The notes under the pieces are model-generated. The model searched no databases, was not told where the DNA came from, and saw nothing but the letters and a program-made list of their open reading frames with translations. A stretch of 12,343 nt of DNA from Polyangiaceae bacterium (GTDB lineage: Bacteria > Myxococcota_A > Polyangia > Polyangiales > Polyangiaceae). The DNA lies in the NCBI GenBank assembly GCA_035063585.1, contig JAPSGB010000071.1:1-12343 (forward strand), written 5' to 3'. Numbering within the stretch: position 1 is the first letter of the stretch; each line of letters starts with the position of its first letter. Made by a program: the position numbers and the translations under genes. This document shows positions 1-6,885 of this stretch, piece after piece.

Positions 1-174
1 CGCGCCGCCGGCCGCGCCGCCCCGTGCGTCCGCGCCGCGCCGCCAGCCGCGCCGAGCCGCCGGCCGCGCCGCCCCGCGCGTCCGCGCCGCACCGCCGGCC
101 GCGCCGCGCCGCCAGCCGCGCCGCCCCGTGCGTCCGCGCCGCGCCGCGCGTCCGCGCCGCCGGCCGCGCCGCCC
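1..174. repeat. GC-rich degenerate tandem repeat, ~52-bp period, truncated by the window edge
   Basis: The 28-mer GCCGCGCCGCCCCGYGCGTCCGCGCCGC starts at 11, 63 and 115 (exact 52-bp spacing), with a partial copy at 163-174. The intervening 24-mers resemble each other. Confidence 0.8.
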
Positions 175-185
175 AACCCACATCC
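170..185 (-). repeat. REP-like motif copy upstream of the RAYT gene (inverted)
   Basis: Reverse complement GGATGTGGGTTGGGCG matches GGATGTCGGTTCGGCG (1100-1115) at 14/16. Confidence 0.55.
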
Positions 186-202
186 ACATCCACAGGTTCG
201 CA

Positions 203-229
203 ACCGGTCGGAGGGGCTGACCGACCGGT
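203..229 (+). promoter_or_regulatory. Perfect 9-bp hairpin just upstream of the RAYT start codon
   Basis: ACCGGTCGG (203-211), 9-nt loop, CCGACCGGT (221-229); ends 7 nt before ATG 237. Confidence 0.5.
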
Positions 230-236
230 ACCGTCC

Positions 237-1061
237 ATGATCCTTCATTTCGTCGCGCATGCGCTCCCGGGGGGTTACCCCCTGTCGAACGCGCGAGCCT
301 GCTGGCGGCTGTGGACCGCGCTCCGTCGAGCGCTTGCCGAGGTCTACGCGGCGTGCCTCATGCCCAATCACCTGCACCTCATCGTACCCGCTCGCGACGC
401 GGGCTCGCTTCGGCGTCGCGTGATCCCGGTGCTCGTCGGGTTCGCGCAAGCCGAGGGCGGCGGCCCCGTCTGGCAGCGGTTCGCGCAGCCAACCCTGGTT
501 CGCGATTCGAGCAAGCTCGCGCGCGAAATCCGCTACGTGCTCCTGAACCCGACGCGCGCCCGACTGGTCCGCGATCCCGCGAGCCACGTCTGGTCGACCT
601 ATCGCGACGTGATCGGCGCCACGCTCGATCCGTGGGTCGACGCCGCGGCGCTGGCTGGCTCGCTCGGCCACGACGTCGACGGCTTCACCGACTGGTTTCA
701 TCGCTACGTATCGTGCGATCCGTCGGTCGCGATCGCAGGCACGGCGCCGCCGCTGGCTGCGCCTCCCCGCACGGGCACCGCGACTCCCCTCGAGCGGATC
801 GCCCCGGCTGCCCGCGCCGCGGCCGCCACCGCGCTCACGACCGAGCGCGCGCGACAGAGCATCTTTCGCCGCGCGTACATCCTCACCGCGCGCCATCAAG
901 GCTGGCGCCGCGCCGCTCCCCTCGCCGCCGCGCTCGGCGTGTCCGTCGAGACGGTCCGCCGCCACGCGCGCTCACCCGGTGACCGCCTCCTCGAGGTCAC
1001 CCGGCTCTATCTCGGCGACGACCGACTCCTCAGTCGGGCGCGCTTCCTCCGCGCGGCGTGA
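237..1061 (+). CDS. HUH/Y1 endonuclease, REP-associated tyrosine transposase (RAYT/TnpA-REP)-like, with C-terminal helix-turn-helix (274 aa)
   Basis: N-terminal 'LHFVAH'; HUH motif 'CLMPNHLHL' (H45, H47); 'VWQ'; catalytic-type 'YVLLNPTRARLV' (Y100); 'WSTY'; HTH-like 'LAAALGVSVETVRRH'. Start set at ATG 237 because ORF 24-236 only translates the upstream repeat. Confidence 0.88.
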   Translation: MILHFVAHALPGGYPLSNARACWRLWTALRRALAEVYAACLMPNHLHLIVPARDAGSLRRRVIPVLVGFAQAEGGGPVWQRFAQPTLVRDSSKLAREIRYVLLNPTRARLVRDPASHVWSTYRDVIGATLDPWVDAAALAGSLGHDVDGFTDWFHRYVSCDPSVAIAGTAPPLAAPPRTGTATPLERIAPAARAAAATALTTERARQSIFRRAYILTARHQGWRRAAPLAAALGVSVETVRRHARSPGDRLLEVTRLYLGDDRLLSRARFLRAA

Positions 1062-1076
1062 GCCGCGCTCGCTACC

Positions 1077-1108
1077 GCACGTCCCGACGTGCCCTCGAGG
1101 GATGTCGG
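1077..1108. repeat. Overlapping palindromes just 3' of the RAYT stop
   Basis: GCACGTC-CC-GACGTGC (1077-1092) is a perfect inverted repeat. It overlaps an imperfect palindrome, CCGACGTGCCCTCGAGGGATGTCGG (1084-1108), centred on CCCTCGAGGG. Confidence 0.65.
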
Positions 1109-1370
1109 TTCGGCGCGCGGCCGCGCGAGCCGCTCGCTCGAGCGTCGGGCCGTCGCGGCAGGCGGAGGGATGTCGGTTCGGCGCGCGGCCGCGCGAGCCG
1201 CTCGCTCGAGCGTCGGGCCGTCGCGGCAGGCGGGCCGAGCATCGTCACCGCGCGGCGTGATCGCGTCTGCTTGCGCGCGAAGCGACGCCGCGTCGCGGCA
1301 GGCGGGCCGAGCATCGTCACCGCGCGGCTCGGGCGCGCCGCGCGGGCTCGCGCCGGACCGGCATCCCCCC
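1097..1370. repeat. REPIN/BIME-like unit: inverted terminal motifs with internal duplications
   Basis: A 68-bp exact tandem duplication (1097-1164 and 1165-1232), each copy starting GAGGGATGTCGGTTCGGCGCG; a 38-bp exact duplication (1219-1256 and 1291-1328); closed by the inverted copy CGCGCCGGACCGGCATCCC (1349-1367, 17/19). Confidence 0.8.
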
Positions 1371-1451
1371 CAAAACCCGCCGAGCGCGGCGGAGCCCTCG
1401 CCCGCTCGGTGACTTTGACAACCGGCGAGGATCCCGCGCAAGCTGGCGACG

Positions 1452-2549
1452 ATGTCGCCGGTCCGCGTCGCGCTCCTCACGCTCCTCACCCTCGGCTGCA
1501 GCTCGTCGCCGGGCGATGCACGACGGGACTCAGACTCCGGAGCACAGGACTCCGGAGCGCAGGACTCCGGTGCCGACGTCGGCGTCGAAACCGGCTCTAC
1601 CGCCGACGGAGGCGGCGTCGAGCCGATCTCGACACCGCCGAACACGTGGACCTGGGTTCCGTTTCCAGGCACGACCTGCGGCAACGGAACCACCGCCGGC
1701 ATCGGCGTGAACGCGGCCGCCGAGCCGAAGGATCTGATCGTCTCCTTCGAAGGTGGCGGCGCGTGCTGGAGCCTCGAGACCTGCTTCACGACCCCGAGCG
1801 CGGTGAACATCGGGGAGACCTACGACGCGACCAAGCTCGCGGAGGACACCGCTGCGAACGTCATCGACCGTTCGCCCGGAGCGTTCCAAGAGCACGCCAC
1901 GGTGGTCTATATCCCTTACTGCACCGGCGATCTCCACGCCGGTCGTCACGTCATGGAGTACGACCGGGCGCACTCCATCCACCACACCGGCGCGACCAAC
2001 ACGCAGGCCTTCGTCGACGCGCTCCGCGCCACCGTCCCGAAGCCCGCGCACGTCTGGGTGATGGGCTCGAGCGCAGGCGGCTTCGGCGCGACCTTGAACC
2101 TCCACCGCTTCACCGAGGCCTGGCCGAGCGCCGAGGTCCACCTCCTTCAGGACTCGTCGCCATTCGTCGAGGTCCAAGCGAACTATGAAGTCTGGCAGGC
2201 AGCCTGGGAGCTCGCGTTTCCACCAGGTTGCGTCGGCTGTCAGACGAGCTTCCCCGCCGTGATGAGCGCCGTCGGCGCCGCGCACCCGAACACGCGCATC
2301 GGGCTCCTCCACTACGACAACGACGCCACGATCCGGCTATTTTTCGGCTACTCGGGCTCGCTCGTCCCCGCCACCGACGCGCTCCTCGCCACCCAGTACG
2401 CGCGTCCGAACACCAAGTACTTCGTCGCCGCGGGAGACAAGCACACCATGCTCGGCGAGACGGCGACGCTCAGCGTCAAGGGCGTGAGCTTGTCCGGCTG
2501 GTTCGCGGGCTGGCTGCTCGGCGCACCAAGTTGGCAGAGCGTGCGCTGA
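1452..2549 (+). CDS. Pectin acetylesterase (PAE/Notum)-family alpha/beta hydrolase, predicted lipoprotein
   Basis: Signal peptide with lipobox-like LTLG|C16; acidic low-complexity linker; family motifs 'FEGGGACW', 'YIPYCTGDLHAG', nucleophile 'GSSAGGFG' and 'LQDS'; candidate catalytic Asp (DATI) and His (KHT). Confidence 0.88.
   Translation: MSPVRVALLTLLTLGCSSSPGDARRDSDSGAQDSGAQDSGADVGVETGSTADGGGVEPISTPPNTWTWVPFPGTTCGNGTTAGIGVNAAAEPKDLIVSFEGGGACWSLETCFTTPSAVNIGETYDATKLAEDTAANVIDRSPGAFQEHATVVYIPYCTGDLHAGRHVMEYDRAHSIHHTGATNTQAFVDALRATVPKPAHVWVMGSSAGGFGATLNLHRFTEAWPSAEVHLLQDSSPFVEVQANYEVWQAAWELAFPPGCVGCQTSFPAVMSAVGAAHPNTRIGLLHYDNDATIRLFFGYSGSLVPATDALLATQYARPNTKYFVAAGDKHTMLGETATLSVKGVSLSGWFAGWLLGAPSWQSVR
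1533..1573 (+). repeat. In-frame 15-bp repeat x3 encoding the (Q)DSGA linker
   Basis: GACTCCGG at 1533, 1548 and 1563. Confidence 0.8.
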
Positions 2550-2574
2550 ACGTGAGCGGCGCGCTCCGCGACCC

Positions 2575-2730
2575 GCCTCGACGCCCCGCTACACGCCTCG
2601 ACGCGCGGCGGCGGCACCGACGCCCCGCGCGGCCTCGACGCCCCGCTACACGCCTCGACGCGCGGCGGCGGCACCGACGCCCCGCTACACTCCGCGACGC
2701 GCGGCGGTGGCCTCGACGCCCCGCGCGGCC
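2575..2730. repeat. Intergenic tandem repeat with 57-bp period
   Basis: 54 identical bp at 2575-2628 and 2632-2685; sub-motif CGACGCCCCGC at 2579, 2618, 2636, 2675 and 2714. Confidence 0.85.
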
Positions 2731-2739
2731 GCGATTGCT

Positions 2740-2766
2740 GAGGGAGGTCGGTTCGGCGCGGAACCG
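2740..2766 (+). repeat. REP-like motif copy with hairpin
   Basis: GAGGGAGGTCGGTTCGGCGCG matches 1097-1117 at 20/21 and continues into the hairpin CGGTTC-GGCGCG-GAACCG (2749-2766). Confidence 0.75.
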
Positions 2767-2876
2767 CGCGTCGCGGACGCGCCGCGCGGCGCGCACTGAC
2801 GCACGACCGGCCGCGCGGCTCGAGGGCGGCACGGCGGACGCGCCGTGCGGCGGGCGGCGCGGCCGCGCTTCCCAAG

Positions 2877-3187
2877 GACGGTCACCAGACGCGGGCCGCT
2901 CCCACCGGACCCCGACTCGTGACCGCTTCGAGCGCTGCGGCGCGCCGCCCTCGAGCCGCGCTTCGAGCCGCGCGCCGCGCGTCGCCCCGAACGCCGCCCA
3001 ACTCCGCGACTTTGCTACCGCCCGAACGCGAACCACGTCCGCGCTCGCAGCCACCTCTCGGAAATCACCGCAAGACGGTCACCAGACGCGGGCCGCTCCC
3101 ACCGGACCCCGACTCGTGACCGCTTCGAGCGCTGCGGCGCGTCGCCCTCGAGCCGCGCTTCGAGCCGCGCGCCCGCGCGTCGCCCCG
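2877..3187. repeat. ~113-bp direct repeat x2 (197-bp period), each copy starting with a 47-nt imperfect hairpin
   Basis: 2877-2989 and 3074-3187 differ by about one substitution and one indel. Stem CGGTCAC...GTGACCG at 2879-2925 and 3076-3122. Confidence 0.85.
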
Positions 3188-3248
3188 CCCTCGCCCCGCC
3201 CTCGAGCCGCCCTCGAACCGCGCGCAGCGCTTCGCGCCGCGCCCCGCC

Positions 3249-4526
3249 CTAGCGGCGCGCCGCGCGCGCCTTCTTGCCGACCTCACGCACGAGCACGAAG
3301 CGGTCCTCACTCGAGCGCGTGAGGGCCGCGTAGCTCCCGAAGCGCGCGTCCGCGTCGTCCACGCGATCGAGCGCGTCGTCGCCGTCCTCCGACGGCTCGT
3401 CGAAGCGCCGCAGGATGCCGTAGCGGGTCGAGCGCTCGGCCGGGATGCGCCCGGCATCGCGGATCGTGCGCCTGAGCTCGCGCGGCGTCACGAACTGGCC
3501 GTGCCCGGCCCCGGCCGCCGTCGAGATGCTCTCGTTCATGAGCGTGCCGCCGAGATCGTTCGCTCCGCACGAGAGCAGCCACGCCGCCTCGCGAAGCCCC
3601 TCCTTCACCCACGACACCTGGAGATTCGGGATGCTCGCACCGAGCATCAGTCGCGAGATCGCGAAGAGCCGGAGCACCTCGTTGCCGGTCGGGCCGGGCC
3701 GCACGCCGGGCGCGAGCCGCTTCGCGTAGAGCGGCGCCTCGGTGTGCACGAAAGCGAGCGGCACGAACTCGGTGAACCCACCCGTCTCCTCCTGGACCTC
3801 GCGGAGGAGCGCGAGGTGACGGAGCCGCTCGAGGTCCGTCTCGAGGTGCCCGAACATCATCGTGCTGGTGGTCGGGATCCCGAGCCCGTGCGCGGTGCGG
3901 ATCACCTCGAGCCACTCGGCCGTGCTGATGCGCCCCGGCGCCAGACGCTCGCGCACCGCATCGTCGAGGATCTCCGCGCTCGTCCCGGGGAGCGAGCCGA
4001 GCCCGGCGTCGCGGAGCTCCGTGAGGTAGTCGCGAAAGCTCCGCCCCGCGAGCCGCGCGCCATACTTCACCTCCTCCGGGCTGAAGGCGTGCAGGTGCAA
4101 CTCGGGCGCTGCCCGCTTGAGCGCTCGGCAGAGGTCGACGTAGTAATCACCGCCGAGCCCGGGCGCGATCCCGGCCTGCAGGCACAGCTCCGTCGCGCCG
4201 AGCGCCCGCGCCTCGAGCGCGCGCTCGACCACCTGCTCCACGGAGAGGAAATAGCCCTCCTCCGAGCGGTGATCGCGCGAGAAGGCGCAGAAGTGACAGC
4301 TCTTCACGCACACGTTGGTGAAGTTGATGTTCCGGTTGACGACGTAAGTGACGAGCTCGCCGGCTTGCCGCCGGCGGAGCTCGTCCGCCACGAAGCCGAG
4401 CGCGAAGAGCTCGCGCCCGGTCGTGCGGCAGAGCGGCTCACACTCCTCCACCGAGAGCGCGCGTCCCTCGAGCGCGCGCTCGAGCGCGTGAGCCACCGGC
4501 GGCGAGAGCTCACCGAGCGTGATCAT
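3249..4526 (-). CDS. cofH: F0 (7,8-didemethyl-8-hydroxy-5-deazariboflavin) synthase subunit CofH, radical SAM
   Basis: 'VTYVVNRNINFTNVCVKSCHFCAFSR' (CxxxCxxC), 'HAFSPEE', 'SLPGTSAEILDD', 'TSTMMFGH', 'GGFTEFVPL', 'NLQVSWVKEG', 'NDLGGTLMNESIS'; adjacent to cofG; GGAGG RBS upstream. Confidence 0.92.
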   Translation of the reverse strand: MITLGELSPPVAHALERALEGRALSVEECEPLCRTTGRELFALGFVADELRRRQAGELVTYVVNRNINFTNVCVKSCHFCAFSRDHRSEEGYFLSVEQVVERALEARALGATELCLQAGIAPGLGGDYYVDLCRALKRAAPELHLHAFSPEEVKYGARLAGRSFRDYLTELRDAGLGSLPGTSAEILDDAVRERLAPGRISTAEWLEVIRTAHGLGIPTTSTMMFGHLETDLERLRHLALLREVQEETGGFTEFVPLAFVHTEAPLYAKRLAPGVRPGPTGNEVLRLFAISRLMLGASIPNLQVSWVKEGLREAAWLLSCGANDLGGTLMNESISTAAGAGHGQFVTPRELRRTIRDAGRIPAERSTRYGILRRFDEPSEDGDDALDRVDDADARFGSYAALTRSSEDRFVLVREVGKKARAARR

Positions 4527-4596
4527 CGCCCGCGCGCCTCCGCGCGCGTCGGCCCCGCCACGTAATTCATGAGATGGTTCGACATTTTCGGCAAAC

Positions 4597-5727
4597 TCAG
4601 GCGCTCGCTCTACTCACCGCGCGGCCGGCGAGCCACTCGATTCCGCGCCGGACCGGCCCCAACAGCCCCTCGTCGACCCAGCCGGGCGTCTCGACGTAGC
4701 GCGGATAGATCGGCGCGCGCGGCGCGAGGTGGAAGCCCTCCTTCTCGCAGGCTCGGGCGAGCGCGTCCACGTGCGGCCACGGATGGCGCGGGCTGATGTA
4801 GTCCGGCGTGACCGGCGAGATACCGCCAAAATCGTTGATGCCCGCGCGGAGCAGCGCGCGCGTGCGGGTCGGGTTCAGGTTCGGCGGCGCCTGCACGCTC
4901 ACCTCCGGTTCGAGGATGAGCCGCGCGAGGGCGACCGAGCGCAAGAACTCCGGCTCGGGCGCTTCGGCGGCCTCCGACATCGCGATCTCCGGACGCGGCG
5001 TGAAATTCTGAACGATGACCTCTTGCAGGTGACCGTACGCGCGGTGGAGCCTCCGCAGCGCGAGCAGGCTCTCGACCCGCTCGCGCGGCGTCTCTCCGAT
5101 GCCCACCAGGATGCCGCTCGTGAACGGGAGCCGCAGCTCGCCAGCCGCCTGGAGCATGGCGAGCCGTCGCGCCGGGCGCTTGTCGGGCGCGCGGTGATGC
5201 GGCATGCCCTTCTCGCAGAGCCGTTCGCTCACATTCTCGAGCATGAGCCCGACGCTCGGGTTCGAGGGGCGGAGCCGGGCGAGCTCCTCACGCGTGAGCA
5301 GCCCGGCGTTCGAGTGCGGCAAGAGCCCGCGCGCGAGCGCGCGCTCGCTCGCCCACGCCACGTAGTCCACGGTGCTCGAAAATCCGAGGCTCGCGAGCTT
5401 CTCGCGGTAGCTCCGAAACGCCGTCTCCGGGCGATCTCCGAGACAGATGAGCGCCTCGAGCGCGCCCTGCTCGCGACCGCGGTCGAGCCACTCGTCGACC
5501 TCTTCGAGAGACATCGTCCACGCGCCTGCCTCGCCGGGCGAACGCCGGAACGAGCAGTAATCGCAGTGATTTCGGCAGAGGTTGGTGAGCGGGAGGAAGA
5601 CCTTCGGCGAGTAGGTGACCCGCCGCCCCCAGGACTCGTCGCGCACGCGGGCCGCGCGCGCGAAGAGCGCGTCGTCGGCGGGCGCCTCGGCGAGCGCGAG
5701 CGCCTCGTCGTCCGAGAGCGGCGTCAT
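4597..5727 (-). CDS. cofG: F0 synthase subunit CofG, radical SAM
   Basis: 'VTYSPKVFLPLTNLCRNHCDYCSF' (CxxxCxxC), 'LLPHSNAG', 'SVGLMLE', 'PFTSGILVGIGET', 'HLQEVIVQNF', 'QAPPNL', 'GINDFGGISPVTPDYISP'. Confidence 0.93.
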   Translation of the reverse strand: MTPLSDDEALALAEAPADDALFARAARVRDESWGRRVTYSPKVFLPLTNLCRNHCDYCSFRRSPGEAGAWTMSLEEVDEWLDRGREQGALEALICLGDRPETAFRSYREKLASLGFSSTVDYVAWASERALARGLLPHSNAGLLTREELARLRPSNPSVGLMLENVSERLCEKGMPHHRAPDKRPARRLAMLQAAGELRLPFTSGILVGIGETPRERVESLLALRRLHRAYGHLQEVIVQNFTPRPEIAMSEAAEAPEPEFLRSVALARLILEPEVSVQAPPNLNPTRTRALLRAGINDFGGISPVTPDYISPRHPWPHVDALARACEKEGFHLAPRAPIYPRYVETPGWVDEGLLGPVRRGIEWLAGRAVSRASA

Positions 5728-5795
5728 GCCGAGGAGCGTGGTCCAGGCCGGCCTCCGCGTCCATCGGGGAATGTCGGGGCGGCGCGGCCGGCGCG

Positions 5796-5815
5796 CGGCC
5801 CGCCGGTGCGGGCCG
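5796..5815 (-). terminator. 8-bp GC hairpin just after the TDT stop (possible weak terminator or processing site)
   Basis: CGGCCCGC-CGGT-GCGGGCCG; no U-tract. Confidence 0.3.
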
Positions 5816-5817
5816 GC

Positions 5818-6885
5818 TCAGGCCTCGGCGGGCTCCGGCGGCGCCCGAAGCGAGCGCGCCGCGCTCACCACCCAGCCGAGCACCGTCACCGCCCACGCTC
5901 CGAGCGCGACCCACACCCCGACGTGCGCCGCGGCCACCAGGGGCGGAAACTCCGCGGCGAGCGAGAGCCGGTACGAGGCCACGCTGTACATGCCGAGCGG
6001 GAAGACCAGGCTCCAGTACATCGGGTGATACGCGAGCGGCACCCGGCGCACCACGTGCTTCCACACGCCGACGATGACAAATAGCGGGATCCACCAGGTC
6101 CCCCACGCCCAGAGCACGAGCGTGGTCCCCTCGACGAAGGGGCGAAGCGCCGCCAGAAACGGCACGATCGGCTCGCACACGATGATGGCCGAGCCGGCGT
6201 TGGCGCTGATGGCGGCCGCGCCCATCACCACCCAGAAGAGCGGCATGGCGTCCTCGGGGCTCAGCTGAAAGAAGAAGATGCGGTTGCTGAAGAGCGTGAC
6301 GAAGACGCCGTAGAGCACGATACCGACGCCCCAGAGCGCGTGCACCCCGACGAAGGTGAGCGGCGCGAAGCGGCCGAACGTGGGAGCGAGCAGCGTGCCG
6401 AGCAAGACGAGCGACTGGGTGCCGACGATCGCGATGAGCCAGCCGCCATGGACCACGCCCGCGCCGCGGCGATCGTTGGTGAAGATGAGCAGCGCGAAGC
6501 TGAAGTACGAGAGCAGGATCCAGAGCGTGAGCGCGGTGAGCCAGAGCACGACCGGCACCGCCTCGTAGCCGCGCAGCAGGAGCTGCACGCCGAGCATGTC
6601 GGTGCCGGCGACGATGGTGAAGAAGGAGAAGACGAGCCGCGGATCGGTGAGATCGCGCCAGAGCCGCCCGCCGAAGCGCGCCGCGCGCGCGATGGTGGCG
6701 AGCACGAGCGCGACGTAAGCGACAAGGTTCACGGCGAGCAGCGCCGCGCTGAGCGCGTGGTGATCGAGGATGTAGAGCGCGTTCGAGATGATCCCGGTCG
6801 CCATCACGAAGGCGAAGGTCCCCGGATAGAGTTCTCGGACCGCGTCACGGCAGAAGCGCGCGACCCCTCGCGCTCCCTCGGTCAC
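5818..6885 (-). CDS. TDT family (TehA/SLAC1; tellurite-resistance/C4-dicarboxylate) anion channel
   Basis: About 10 hydrophobic segments; 'PGTFAFVMATGIIS', 'FSFFTIVAG', 'VHGGWLIAIVGTQS', 'WVVMGAAAIS', 'YWSLVFPLGMY'. GTG start overlaps the narK stop (GTGA, 6882-6885). Confidence 0.88.
   Translation of the reverse strand: MTEGARGVARFCRDAVRELYPGTFAFVMATGIISNALYILDHHALSAALLAVNLVAYVALVLATIARAARFGGRLWRDLTDPRLVFSFFTIVAGTDMLGVQLLLRGYEAVPVVLWLTALTLWILLSYFSFALLIFTNDRRGAGVVHGGWLIAIVGTQSLVLLGTLLAPTFGRFAPLTFVGVHALWGVGIVLYGVFVTLFSNRIFFFQLSPEDAMPLFWVVMGAAAISANAGSAIIVCEPIVPFLAALRPFVEGTTLVLWAWGTWWIPLFVIVGVWKHVVRRVPLAYHPMYWSLVFPLGMYSVASYRLSLAAEFPPLVAAAHVGVWVALGAWAVTVLGWVVSAARSLRAPPEPAEA

Noticed and set aside
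1..174. CRISPR-like periodicity (28-nt repeat plus 24-nt spacer)
   Set aside because: The spacers resemble each other and the repeat, complexity is very low, and no cas genes are present. It is a tandem repeat.
24..236. N-terminal extension of the RAYT ORF
   Set aside because: It is an Arg/Ala/Pro translation of the tandem repeat; the Y1 domain starts right after ATG 237.
237..1061. Classical IS200/IS605 insertion sequence
   Set aside because: There is no tnpB, the protein is much longer than IS200 TnpA, and the MPNHxH, YxxxNP and WS motifs are RAYT-type.
2228..3457. Long ORFs over the repeat-rich intergenic region (2228-3322, 2348-2875, 2476-3054, 3065-3457)
   Set aside because: These are low-complexity Arg/Ala/Pro translations of GC-rich repeats with no recognisable motifs.
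4523..4600. Frameshifted fused fbiC pseudogene
   Set aside because: Both halves appear complete, cofH has its own ATG and GGAGG RBS, and split cofG/cofH is an established arrangement.
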